Source: Ostreococcus lucimarinus
Lineage: Eukaryota
Assembly: GCA_000092065.1 (NCBI GenBank)
Contig: CP000587.1
Direction: 5' to 3' (one strand)
Length of the DNA stretch: 64,000 nt
The stretch's first letter is position 1. Each line of letters opens with the position of its first letter. Of the stretch, positions 29,388-39,139 are shown one piece after another. Below the pieces are notes generated by a model. The model had not been told where the DNA came from. It did no database searches and saw nothing but the letters and a program-made list of their open reading frames with translations. A program made the translations under genes and the position numbers.

Positions 29388-31001
29388 ATGGCGTGCGCGG
29401 CGAGATCGGCGACGACGAACGCGACGACGGCGGCGCGGAGACGCGAAGCGACGACGCGCGCGGGACGACGACGCGGGATGACGGCGACGGCGCGCGCGAC
29501 GGCGGCGAACGGGGCGGGCGAAAAGTCGCGGATCGGGCTGTGCGGACTCGCGGTGATGGGACAAAACCTGGCGCTGAACGTGGCGGAGAAGGGATTCGAC
29601 ATCTCGGTGTACAATCGATCGAGCGATAAGACGGACGTGTGCGTCGAACGGGCGAAGAAGGAGGGATTGGGGGCGAAACTGCGAGGGTATCACGAGATGA
29701 AGGATTTCGTGGCGTCGCTGGCGAAGCCGCGATGCGTGATAATCTTGGTGAAAGCGGGCGCGCCCGTGGACGCCACGATCGCGGGATTGTCGCAGTTTCT
29801 CGAACCTGGAGATTGCATCATCGATGGTGGGAACGAGTGGTACGAAAACACCGAACGACGATCGAAGGAGGCGGCGGAGAAGGGATTGCTGTACGTCGGC
29901 ATGGGCGTGAGCGGAGGCGAGGAGGGCGCGCGCAACGGACCGTCCATGATGCCGGGTGGGTCCAAGGAAGCGTACGATATCATCGCTGATATCTTAAAGC
30001 CCGTGAGCGCGCAGACCGATTCGGGGGCGTGCGTGACGTACGTCGGCCCAGGAGGCGCCGGGAACTTTGTCAAGATGGTGCACAACGGCATCGAGTACGG
30101 CGACATGCAACTCATCTCCGAAGCGTACGACGTGTTGAAAACCGTCGGCGGGTTGACGAACGATGAACTCGCGGCTGCGTTCACGGAATGGAACGAGGCG
30201 GAGTTGGAATCGTACCTCATCGAGATCTCCAGCATCATTTTGGCCAAGAAGGACGACCAGTCTGGCAAGAGCGACGACTTTTTGGTGGACAAGATCCTCG
30301 ACAAGACTGGCATGAAGGGCACTGGAAAGTGGACGGTGCAGCAAGCCGCGGAATTGTCCATCGCTGCGCCGACGATCGCGAGCTCTCTTGACGCCCGATG
30401 CTTGTCCGGATTGAAGGATGAACGCGTCAACGCCGAGGCGTTTTACGCCAAGCTCGGCTTGGCACCCGCCGGCGCCATGGGCCCGGCGGACAAAAAGCAA
30501 CTCATCAACGACGTGCGATATGCTCTGTACGCTTCCAAGGTGACTTCCTACGCCCAAGGCATGAACCTGATTCGCGCCAAGTCCAACGAGCAAGGCTGGA
30601 ACTTGAACCTCGGCGAAATGGCGCGCATCTGGAAGGGCGGCTGCATCATTCGCGCCGGCTTCTTGGACCGCATCAAGAACGCTTACGACCGAGACTCCAA
30701 GCTCCCGTCTCTTCTCGTTGACGAGCAGTTCGCCAAGGAAATGATCGAACGCGAAGCTTCGTGGCGTCGCGTCGTCACCGCCGCCATCAACGCCGGTGTT
30801 TCCGTGCCGTCCATGAGCGGTTCTCTCGCGTACTTTGACACTTACCGCCGCGCGCGCTCGCCGGCAAACTTGGTGCAAGCGCAGCGTGACTTCTTCGGTT
30901 CGCACACGTACGAACGCACCGACATGGAAGGCTGGTATCACACGCTCTGGAGTGATATGAACAGCGCTGACAGCATCACCACGTCTGGCTACAAGGCGTA
31001 A
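29388..31001 (+). CDS. PGD: 6-phosphogluconate dehydrogenase (decarboxylating), with a ~45-aa N-terminal transit-peptide-like extension
   Basis: ..RIGLCGLAVMGQNLALNVAEKGF..., ..ILVKAGAPVD.., ..CIIDGGNEWYENTERR.., ..KMVHNGIEYGDMQLISEAYDVL.., ..DKILDKTGMKGTGKWTVQ.. are all textbook 6PGDH blocks. The ATG at 29388 (MACAARSATTNATTAARRREATT...) is S/T/R-rich. Confidence 0.9.
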   Translation: MACAARSATTNATTAARRREATTRAGRRRGMTATARATAANGAGEKSRIGLCGLAVMGQNLALNVAEKGFDISVYNRSSDKTDVCVERAKKEGLGAKLRGYHEMKDFVASLAKPRCVIILVKAGAPVDATIAGLSQFLEPGDCIIDGGNEWYENTERRSKEAAEKGLLYVGMGVSGGEEGARNGPSMMPGGSKEAYDIIADILKPVSAQTDSGACVTYVGPGGAGNFVKMVHNGIEYGDMQLISEAYDVLKTVGGLTNDELAAAFTEWNEAELESYLIEISSIILAKKDDQSGKSDDFLVDKILDKTGMKGTGKWTVQQAAELSIAAPTIASSLDARCLSGLKDERVNAEAFYAKLGLAPAGAMGPADKKQLINDVRYALYASKVTSYAQGMNLIRAKSNEQGWNLNLGEMARIWKGGCIIRAGFLDRIKNAYDRDSKLPSLLVDEQFAKEMIEREASWRRVVTAAINAGVSVPSMSGSLAYFDTYRRARSPANLVQAQRDFFGSHTYERTDMEGWYHTLWSDMNSADSITTSGYKA

Positions 31002-31180
31002 ATAAAAGCGATGATGGTCCGTCGCCCGTCGGGATTTTTGTTTTATTCACCGATGAGGGAGCTTTTCCTTCTCTTAGCGCGCGCCGCAAGCATGCCTGCT
31101 TCATAGTAAATTCGCTCAGGCGTTTGTAACGATCACAACCGCGTGTACGCTGCAACTAATACTATCTAATCGCTATGATT

Positions 31181-32248
31181 CTAGAAAACCGCACCGATGC
31201 GCTCGTCGAGCGCGCCGCGAGACCGCTTCGCGTTTCTACGCTCGGCGCCCCTCTCCGGAGCGCTGTGCGTGCTAGGATACGTCGGCATCTCCGCCGGTGG
31301 TTTCGGAGGAGGCGATTCTTGAAAGAAAGGATGCGCCAACGCCTCCGTCGCCGTCCCTCTCTTCTCCGGATCAAACGTCAGTAACACATCGAGCAAGTTG
31401 ACGCCCGCGGCGGAGAGTTTTGGAAAATTAATCTCAAGAAAATTGTACGGTTGCTCGGGCAACTTGAACTTGCGCGCGTGCGGTAACGCGTCCCATCCAG
31501 GCCAAATGTGTGAGTTCGGGCTTCCGAGCAAAGCGCAAATCATGTTCAATTGCTCGATTTCCGTCGAGCCCGGAAACAAGGGCTCGTGCTTGAGAAATTC
31601 GGCGAATATACAACCGACGGCCCACATATCGATCGCGCTCGTGTACGTGTCGCACCCGAACAGCAGCTCCGGCGCGCGATACCAAAGTGTCACCACTTTT
31701 GGCGTGTAACTCCCTCTATCGATCGGTTCGAACGTTCGCGCCAAACCAAAATCGCAAAGCTTCAACTCCCCGCGTTGGTTGAGCAACAAGTTGCTCAGCT
31801 TTAAATCCCTATGAAAGATGAACCTCTCGTGCAGGTACTCCACCGCTCGCAGCGTCTGCGTCATCAGCGATTTCACCTCACTCGTCGTCAACGTCGTCTT
31901 GACGTTATCGATCAGCCTCGCCAAATCGTGTTCGCAATACTCAAACACCAGAAACACGTTATTCAGCGCGTCCCCTTGAATCACCCGCAGCAACCGCACG
32001 ACGTTTTCGTGTCGCACGCGCTGCAGTATCCTCACCTCGCGCAGCGACGTCAGCGGCATCCCATCTCGCTCGCGATCCATGCGCACCTTCTTCAGCGCCA
32101 CGACGTCGCCCGTCGTCTTGCACCGTCCCTTGTACACCACCCCGTACGTCCCCTCGCCGATGCGTCCGAGCTTTTCGTAATTCGTCAGCGTCGCCAGCGC
32201 CGCGCGCGCGTCGCCGTCGCGCGCGTCACCGTCGTCGTCCGCGCCCAT
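31181..32248 (-). CDS. CDK: Cyclin-dependent kinase (CDK10/CDK11-like, P[IL]TSLRE motif)
   Basis: GRIGEGTYGVVYKG (glycine loop), MPLTSLREVRILQ (cyclin-binding helix), HRDLKLSNLLL, DFGLAR, WYRAPELL. The track start is a GTG. The first ATG is at ~32248. Confidence 0.85.
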   Translation of the reverse strand: MGADDDGDARDGDARAALATLTNYEKLGRIGEGTYGVVYKGRCKTTGDVVALKKVRMDRERDGMPLTSLREVRILQRVRHENVVRLLRVIQGDALNNVFLVFEYCEHDLARLIDNVKTTLTTSEVKSLMTQTLRAVEYLHERFIFHRDLKLSNLLLNQRGELKLCDFGLARTFEPIDRGSYTPKVVTLWYRAPELLFGCDTYTSAIDMWAVGCIFAEFLKHEPLFPGSTEIEQLNMICALLGSPNSHIWPGWDALPHARKFKLPEQPYNFLEINFPKLSAAGVNLLDVLLTFDPEKRGTATEALAHPFFQESPPPKPPAEMPTYPSTHSAPERGAERRNAKRSRGALDERIGAVF

Positions 32249-32574
32249 GCCGCGCGCGCCGCGGTGCGCCGCATCATCATCGCGCGCATCCGACGGCGAC
32301 CGACCGATTCGTCCCGACGACCCCACGCGCGCGGTTCGCGACTCGTCGAGTCCCCGACGGGACGAACGCGCCGACGCGCGACCGGTCGCGCGCGGCAGAC
32401 GCGGACGCGACGGCGCGCGACGACCGGACGCGCGGACGCGACGCGCGAGGGACGGACGGACGCGCGAACGCGCCGCGCGAGGGACGCGACGCGCGCGCGG
32501 TGCGATCGACGCGACGCCGGCGCGGTGAAATCGAACGCCGGTGAAATCAATCGACGTTTCTTTGTTCCCCCGCG

Positions 32575-33567
32575 ATGGTGGCGGTGTTCGTCCTGGGCGC
32601 GGCGACGCTGGGGACGGTGGTGATCAACGTGAAGCGAAACGCGATGAAAAAGATGTCGGGATCGATGTTTGAGGACGAAGCGCGACGCGCGGCGGCGGCG
32701 AAGGAACGCGTGGATGGGATCGCGAAATTGCTGGAGGAGGTGAACGCGAAGGCGAACGCGGCGGAGGAGAAGCTGGAGGCGGCGATGCGGGAGAAGAACG
32801 CGATCGAACGCGTGCTCGAGGAGATGGAGAGAACGAAGGCGAATATGAAGGTTGAGAACATGGAGTTGAGAGATTCGGTGACGGTGTTGAAGAATGATTT
32901 GAACAACGCCACGGAACGACATCAATTGGTGGTGCGAAAATGGCGCGACGAGTTGGTGACGTATCGGGAGAAGAGTCCGCAAGATTTCTTGGCCGAAGTC
33001 ATCGGGTTAGTGAGTGATATGGATAACGAAGTGACGATTGAGGTCATTCCTCCCGAAGCTCCGAGAGCGGCGAAGGTGCACGAAGAAGTTCGCTTGGAGG
33101 AGTGCGAGTGGGAATACAATCCGCGCCTCGCCGTGGCGGATTCGACGCGCTTGTTGATGCTCGCCAACAGTGGACGTGTAGTCAAAAAGACTCGCGAGGA
33201 GAAGGTGAAGAAGGTGACGGGCGTCAAACCCGTCGCCTCGCCTCACAGAGCGACGACGCCCACGCGCGCGGCGCTCGGCAAGCTCACCAACACCGGCGTG
33301 CAACGCGCTCAAGGCGTCGCTCACAAGGCGGCTCGCTTGGTGCAAGCCAACCACGTGGCGAATACCCCGCCGCCGAAGGTTGCCACGTCCGATCGTTCGA
33401 TAGAGTTTGGCGAGTGCTTACTTTTCGAAAAGCAACTCAAGTCGCCCGTGCGTGCGCCCAAGATTGGCGGCGGGCGAGCGGGCGTCATCGGCGGTTTTGA
33501 AGCCGAAGACGTCATGCCGTTGCCGTCGAGTCCGGCCACCATCATGGATATCGCCATCCGTCGATAA
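32575..33567 (+). CDS. Coiled-coil hypothetical protein
   Basis: The ATG at 32575 was checked. A coiled-coil-like stretch (EARRAAAAKERVDGIAKLLEEVNAKANAAEEKLEAAMREKNAIERVLEEMERTKANMKVENMELRD) is present, with no recognised domain. Confidence 0.4.
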   Translation: MVAVFVLGAATLGTVVINVKRNAMKKMSGSMFEDEARRAAAAKERVDGIAKLLEEVNAKANAAEEKLEAAMREKNAIERVLEEMERTKANMKVENMELRDSVTVLKNDLNNATERHQLVVRKWRDELVTYREKSPQDFLAEVIGLVSDMDNEVTIEVIPPEAPRAAKVHEEVRLEECEWEYNPRLAVADSTRLLMLANSGRVVKKTREEKVKKVTGVKPVASPHRATTPTRAALGKLTNTGVQRAQGVAHKAARLVQANHVANTPPPKVATSDRSIEFGECLLFEKQLKSPVRAPKIGGGRAGVIGGFEAEDVMPLPSSPATIMDIAIRR

Positions 33568-33642
33568 ATCGTCGCATGTTTCGCGTTTTCAATGTATTTT
33601 CAATTAAACGGACACTCGCTAAGTAAGTAAACGCATCATTTC

Positions 33643-36612
33643 CTACGCGGTCACGCCTTCAGCTTCAACCTTCACCTTTTTCTGCGCGCTCCCGTCGGCT
33701 TCGGCTTCGGCTTCGGCGTCTCGCTTCTTGTCGCCTCTGTCCTGAGCCTCTTTCTCGATGAGAGAAATTAAAGTCTCCACGCGGCGACCGAGCTCTTTTG
33801 GCGTTCTGCTTTTGATGAACCAATCGAATCGGAATTGCCAGTGCTGGCGAATCTGCGCCTTGAGCTCGTCCCAATTCCCAAAGCCAACTTCGGGGATGGA
33901 GCACAACAAGAACCTATCCTCCTCTTCGGTGAACGATTTGAATTTGTTCGGACCATACGTCAACTTGAGCTCGCGCCACGGATTCTTGTACTTGGCGATC
34001 TTTTCTCGTACAGCCTTCAGCATGTCGTGTTGACGCTGAATCTTTTGTTCACCCTTTTCGATGTTGCTGATGATGCGCGGATGATCGGCAATCTCTTCGT
34101 AACGTTTCCAGAATACGGCGGCGTAATCCTTGACCTCTTTGAGAGTCTTTCCTTCCATCTCACTCGCAATAGACTCCACGTCTTCGCGCCCGTACTTCTC
34201 GCTGAGTCGGCAGAAGGCTTGGAAGTCTCGGCGAGACCATTCTGTGAAACCTTGAGAGAGGAGCGATTCTTGCTCAGCCTTTTCTTCCTCCGTGATCGCC
34301 GGAGGCGCGTTGGGATCGTCTTCCTCCGCTTCAGTGGGCGCCTCCTCATCTTGCGCAGCTTTAGCTTCCTCCTTCTTCTTGTCTTTCTGCCATTCGTACG
34401 TCTTGCGTCTAACATCCTTGTCGTAAATTTCTTGAATTCGCGCGGTGTTGTAAAACTGGAAGTCGTGCATTTGCTGCAGCTTGGCAATCTTCGGTCCCAT
34501 TGGCTTGGATGGGCGAGCCGCTTGCGCCATGGCGCTGCGATAGTAATCAGACTCGTTGTAGTTCTTCTTACGTTCGCGTTTGGGAGGATCGATCCAGTTG
34601 CTGCTGATGATGGTCTTCATGTCAATGCCCTCTGGCAACGCGGCGACGTTTTTGTCGTCTTCGTCCTCGAATTCGTAAAGCGAGTTCTCGGCACCCATAG
34701 AGAACTGAATGGCCTTCTCCGTGAAACCTTGCATTTTGCTATTGAGTGCTTTGGTTTCTTCTTCACCGCGAGCCATGATGGCGTCGACATCTTCGTCCGT
34801 GATCGACGTCGTCGACGAGTCGAAAATCTTCTCGGCGCCAAAGCGAACCATCGCCAAGAGTTCATCCTTGCCGAGGTTCTTCTTGTTCTCTTGCAATCGT
34901 CCTTGTTGAATGACGAGAGCATCGAGCGCGAGTTTCTTGTACGCTTTCTCGATCACCTTCTCCTCGACGCTACCGTCGGTGCAAAAGCGGAACACTTGTA
35001 CCTCCTTCTTTTGACCGATGCGGTGCGCTCGATCCATCGCCTGAAGATCCATTTGCGGGTTCCAGTCGCTGTCGTAGATGATGACGGTGTCCGCAGTGGC
35101 GAGGTTAATACCTAAACCACCCGCCCGCGTGGAAAGCAAGAAACAGAACTTCTCCGAACCTTCCTTGTTGAAGGCGTCAATGTGGTCTTCGCGGACGGCG
35201 CCATCCGTGCTCCCGTCGATGCGACAATATTGGTAGTTTCTGTACATCAAGTAATCTTCCAAGATGTCGAGCAAACGAGTCATCTGAGAGAAGATCAGCA
35301 CACGACTGCCGCGTTGCATGAGACGAGGCAAAAGCTTGTCCAAAAGCGCGAGCTTACCCGAGCTCTCGATGAGGTGATCCCCGGTGATGTACGGCGGACC
35401 CGGTTCGGCACCTTGGAACAAGTACGGATGGTTGCAGCACTTGCGAAGCTGCATGACGATATTCAAAAGCCGAGATCTATCCGCGCCACTGTTAACAATG
35501 TCGATGTCCTTTTGCAAGATGCGCTTGTAAAACGTTTTTTGCATCTCAGTCATGCCAATCTTGAGAATTGTCTCCTTCTTCGGCGGGAGGCTGGTTTCGA
35601 CCTCCGTCTTCAATCGACGCAACAAGAAGGGGCGTAAAACCTTGTGAAGCTGAGACACGACGGCACCGGAACCACCCTCACCGTCTTCAACGTTCGCAAA
35701 CCACTCATCGAACTGACCGGCGTTACCGAACACTTCGGGGAGCAAAAAGTTGAGCAAAGCCCAGAGCTCGTGAAGGTTGTTTTGAAGCGGCGTCCCGGTG
35801 ATCAACATGCGGTTGTTCGCCGAAAACGTTCTTAGGACGATGGAAAGACGAGAATTTTCATTCTTCAAGCGGTGCGCTTCGTCGATGATGATGTAACGCC
35901 AGTGAAACTTCTTCAACGCAGTCTTCTCCTTGATGACCATTTCGTAAGACGTCACGCACACGTCGAAACCGCCCGGCACCAAAAACTTGGCCTTTTGCGC
36001 CTCGCGCTCTTCGGCGTTTCCGTGAAACTTGAACGTGCGAATCATCGGACACCAACGCTTAAACTCGTTCATCCAGTTACCGAGCGTGGATTTCGGCACG
36101 ACAACCATGTGCGGTCCGGTAACACCCCGGTATTCGGCGAGGTAACCGAGAAGAGAAATCGTCTGCAACGTCTTCCCGAGACCCATCTCGTCCGCCAAGA
36201 TGCCGTTGATGCCGTGATCGAACAATCGAATCATCCAGTTCAAACCCGCAATTTGGTACTCTCGCATCTTGCCAAACTTAATGCACGTCGGTTGAGACGT
36301 CAAACGCACCGCTTGGTAATCCTCAGCGTGTTCCACGAGCTCGGCGTCCTCCGACTCCTCCGCCGCGTGGCTCTTGTTGCGCCCGCGCTTGCCCTTGTTC
36401 GCCGCCTCGTTCGCCGCCTTCGTCCCCGACAAAAAGTGCGCGAAGACCTCGGTTTGCGCCAACAAAAACTTCCACTTCCCCGCCTTATTATCTCCCGCAA
36501 TCTTCTTGTTCTGATCCTCTCGCACGCGTTCGAGCTCCATCGTCTGTTGCCGCTTCAACTCTCGCAGCCGCTCGCGCTCCGCCTTGGCCACCTCCTTCAC
36601 CGGCGATTTCAC
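33643..36612 (-). CDS. ISWI: ISWI-type SNF2-family chromatin-remodelling ATPase (SNF2_N + helicase C + HAND-SANT-SLIDE)
   Basis: GILADEMGLGKTLQTISLL, DEAHRLKN, helicase motifs ..SQMTRLLDILEDY..STRAGGLGINL.., and the SANT/SLIDE C-terminus ..WSRRDFQAFCRLSEKYGREDVESIASEMEGKTLKEVKDYAAVFWKRYEE... The track start at 36612 is a GTG, so the true first exon or ATG is unresolved. Confidence 0.9.
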   Translation of the reverse strand: MKSPVKEVAKAERERLRELKRQQTMELERVREDQNKKIAGDNKAGKWKFLLAQTEVFAHFLSGTKAANEAANKGKRGRNKSHAAEESEDAELVEHAEDYQAVRLTSQPTCIKFGKMREYQIAGLNWMIRLFDHGINGILADEMGLGKTLQTISLLGYLAEYRGVTGPHMVVVPKSTLGNWMNEFKRWCPMIRTFKFHGNAEEREAQKAKFLVPGGFDVCVTSYEMVIKEKTALKKFHWRYIIIDEAHRLKNENSRLSIVLRTFSANNRMLITGTPLQNNLHELWALLNFLLPEVFGNAGQFDEWFANVEDGEGGSGAVVSQLHKVLRPFLLRRLKTEVETSLPPKKETILKIGMTEMQKTFYKRILQKDIDIVNSGADRSRLLNIVMQLRKCCNHPYLFQGAEPGPPYITGDHLIESSGKLALLDKLLPRLMQRGSRVLIFSQMTRLLDILEDYLMYRNYQYCRIDGSTDGAVREDHIDAFNKEGSEKFCFLLSTRAGGLGINLATADTVIIYDSDWNPQMDLQAMDRAHRIGQKKEVQVFRFCTDGSVEEKVIEKAYKKLALDALVIQQGRLQENKKNLGKDELLAMVRFGAEKIFDSSTTSITDEDVDAIMARGEEETKALNSKMQGFTEKAIQFSMGAENSLYEFEDEDDKNVAALPEGIDMKTIISSNWIDPPKRERKKNYNESDYYRSAMAQAARPSKPMGPKIAKLQQMHDFQFYNTARIQEIYDKDVRRKTYEWQKDKKKEEAKAAQDEEAPTEAEEDDPNAPPAITEEEKAEQESLLSQGFTEWSRRDFQAFCRLSEKYGREDVESIASEMEGKTLKEVKDYAAVFWKRYEEIADHPRIISNIEKGEQKIQRQHDMLKAVREKIAKYKNPWRELKLTYGPNKFKSFTEEEDRFLLCSIPEVGFGNWDELKAQIRQHWQFRFDWFIKSRTPKELGRRVETLISLIEKEAQDRGDKKRDAEAEAEADGSAQKKVKVEAEGVTA

Positions 36613-37133
36613 CCCCTGCGTCGCGAATCGCGCGCGCGTCCTCGTCAGTCTTCGCTCTCACCCATTTTTTCTTCCCGCGCCCGCTCGCCCTCGATCGCCC
36701 ATCCCTCGATCGTCCTCGTCGTCGCTCGCGCGCGTTCGAACGGGTCAACCGCGCGCGCGTCGTCGCCGCGGATCTCCACGATCTCGATCCCTCCCCATCC
36801 TCTTCTCTTCCCGCGTTCCCATCGCGCGCCGCGTCGTAATCCGCGTCGCCACGAACGCACCCCATCCCCAGCCGCGTCGTAATCCGCATCGCTGTCGTAC
36901 GACCGCTCGCTCGCGTCGCCGTCGTCGTCGCTCGCGTCGCTCGGCGCGTCCTCGAACGCGATGGCGTCCTCGGGGTCGACGTGTTCGTCCACCGCGTCGC
37001 CGGAGGCCGCGCCGTGCGTCGCGGACGTCATCGCGCGCGAGACGCTCGAGATCGATCGGTCGCTCGGCGCGTCGCGCGGGCGTCTGCGCGCGCGCGTCGC
37101 GACGCGATCGACGCGACGCGATCGACCGCGCGT

Positions 37134-37187
37134 GGTCCGTGTGTGCGACTGGTCCGTGTGTGCGACTGGTCCGTGTGTGCGACTGGT
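37134..37187. repeat. Tandem repeat, ~17-bp unit x3 (GGTCCGTGTGTGCGACT)
   Basis: ggtccgtgtgtgcgactggtccgtgtgtgcgactggtccgtgtgtgcgactggtccg read directly. It lies in the divergent intergenic region between ISWI and the SulP transporter. Confidence 0.85.
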
Positions 37188-37221
37188 CCGCGCGCGAGGC
37201 CACCGCGTGACGCCGTGCGTC

Positions 37222-37230
37222 GTATTTAAG
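37222..37230 (+). promoter_or_regulatory. TATA-like element TATTTAAGG ~110 bp upstream of the SulP start codon
   Basis: cgtcgtatttaaggtgacg read directly. It is one of very few AT-rich TATA-like strings within GC-rich promoter DNA here. Confidence 0.3.
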
Positions 37231-37336
37231 GTGACGTTTGCGCCGTGTGATAAAAAACGGCCGCGTCCGCGTGCGACTCGTCGCGCGGGCGACGCGCGCG
37301 CGACGCGCGGGGCGACGCGCGACGGCGACGCGCGCG

Positions 37337-39115
37337 ATGACGACGACGGCGACGACGACGACGGCGACGGCGGCGGCGACGGCGACGCGTCGCGTCGCGC
37401 GCGCGCGAACGGCGACGCGCGTCGTCGTCGGCGGGCGCGACCGACGGTTGGGCGCGACGCGCGCGACGGCGCCGGCGCGCGCGACGGCGACGGCGCGCGC
37501 GACGGCGCGCGACGGACGCGAGATCGCGGACGTCGCGCGCGAGGCGGCGACGCAGGCGCTGAGCGGGATCACGGTGTCGCTGGCGATGGTGCCGGAATCG
37601 CTGGCGTTCACGTTCGTCGCGGGGACGACGCCGATCGTCGGCTTGCACGCGGCGGCGCTGATGGGGCTGTGCACGGCGGCGCTGGGCGCGCAGCCGGGGG
37701 TGATCTCGGGCGCGGCGGGAGCGACGGCGGTGGTGATCGCGCCGCTCGTGGCGTCGCACGGGGTGGAGTACTTGTTCGCGTGCGTGGCGCTCGCGGGCGC
37801 GGCGCAGGCGGCGTGCGGCGCGCTGCGGTTGGGGAAATTCATCAGGCTCGTGCCGCAGCCGTGCATGATCGGATTCGTCAATGGATTGGCGATCGTGATC
37901 GGGAAGTCGCAGCTGGAGACGTTCGTCGGGCTGACGGGGACGACGCTCGCGACGACGATCGGGCTCACGGCGTTTACGATGGCGCTCATCAAACTGCTGC
38001 CGAGGGCGTCGTTCGCGCCCAAGGGTGTTCCGGCGCCGTTGTTGGCCATCGCGTCGTGCGCGACGCTGACGAATGTGATGAAAATCGCGACGAAGACGGT
38101 GGGCGACGTCGCGCCCGTGAGCGGGGCGTTGCCGTCGTTTCACATTCCAAACGTTCCGGCGAGCTTGGAAACGCTCGCCGTCATCGCGCCTTACGCGTTA
38201 TCCGTCGCCGCGGTGGGCTTGATCGAGACCTTGCTCACCCAACAACTCGTAGATGACATCACCGAGCGACGGACGGCGACGCACACCGAGTGCATCGCGC
38301 AAGGCGTTGGAAATATGGTGAACGGCGCGTTCGGGGCGATGGGCGGGTGCGCCATGATCGGGCAGTCGATGATCAACGTCAATTCCGGTGGTCGCACGCG
38401 CGTGGCCGGGATCACGTGCGCGCTCGCGATTTTAAGTTACGTCACCTTTGGCGCTTCGTTCATCGAACGCATTCCCATGGCCGCTTTAACGGGGACGATG
38501 TTATGCTTGGTTTTCGATATTTTCGATTGGACGTCGTTTTCGCGAGTGAAAAAGATTCCCAAGACCGACGCCGTCGTTTTGCTGCTCGTCACCGGCGTCA
38601 CAGTGGTGACAAACTTGGCGGTCGCCGTGTTCGCTGGCGTCGTCTTGTCCGCGCTCGGTTTCGCTTGGAAATCTTCTCAGCGCATCGACGTCGTGCGCTC
38701 GCGAACGAGTTCCTCCGAGACGCTGTGCGAGTTGTACGGACCGCTCTTTTTCGGTTCGGTGCAAAGCTTCGCGGACAAGCTCGATCCGCGCGACGAGGAA
38801 CTCGATCGAGTGGTGCTAGACTTCGCCCATAGCAAAGTGTGGGATTCTTCTGCGCTCGTCGCCATCGATGAGTTGGCGGAAAAGTACCGAAACTGCGGTA
38901 AGACGCTCACGCTCCGTCACTTGTCGCCGGATTGCGCAAAATTGCTGAAGAAGGGAGGCGACTTGGTCGAAGTCGACGTCGACACGGATCCCGTGTACGC
39001 GGTCGCGGCGAATTTGGACGCAGAGACGCTGTCCGCCGTCACGAAGACGTTGGGTGGACGGAAAGGACTTTCGCTGGCGGAGGAAAATGCGTTGAAGCGA
39101 CAGTATTTGCGTTGA
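37337..39115 (+). CDS. SulP-family anion (sulfate) transporter with a C-terminal STAS domain, bacterial-type
   Basis: ..ALSGITVSLAMVPESLAFTFVAG.., ..CMIGFVNGLAIVIGKSQLETF.. and a STAS-like end ..LYGPLFFGSVQSF...VVLDFAHSKVWDSSALVAIDELAEKYRNCGKTLTLRHLSPDCAKLL. The first in-frame ATG is at ~37337, after a (GAC)n tract. The track start at 37238 is a TTG. Confidence 0.85.
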   Translation: MTTTATTTTATAAATATRRVARARTATRVVVGGRDRRLGATRATAPARATATARATARDGREIADVAREAATQALSGITVSLAMVPESLAFTFVAGTTPIVGLHAAALMGLCTAALGAQPGVISGAAGATAVVIAPLVASHGVEYLFACVALAGAAQAACGALRLGKFIRLVPQPCMIGFVNGLAIVIGKSQLETFVGLTGTTLATTIGLTAFTMALIKLLPRASFAPKGVPAPLLAIASCATLTNVMKIATKTVGDVAPVSGALPSFHIPNVPASLETLAVIAPYALSVAAVGLIETLLTQQLVDDITERRTATHTECIAQGVGNMVNGAFGAMGGCAMIGQSMINVNSGGRTRVAGITCALAILSYVTFGASFIERIPMAALTGTMLCLVFDIFDWTSFSRVKKIPKTDAVVLLLVTGVTVVTNLAVAVFAGVVLSALGFAWKSSQRIDVVRSRTSSSETLCELYGPLFFGSVQSFADKLDPRDEELDRVVLDFAHSKVWDSSALVAIDELAEKYRNCGKTLTLRHLSPDCAKLLKKGGDLVEVDVDTDPVYAVAANLDAETLSAVTKTLGGRKGLSLAEENALKRQYLR

Positions 39116-39139
39116 TGATCTTGCCTATCTATTGTACAT

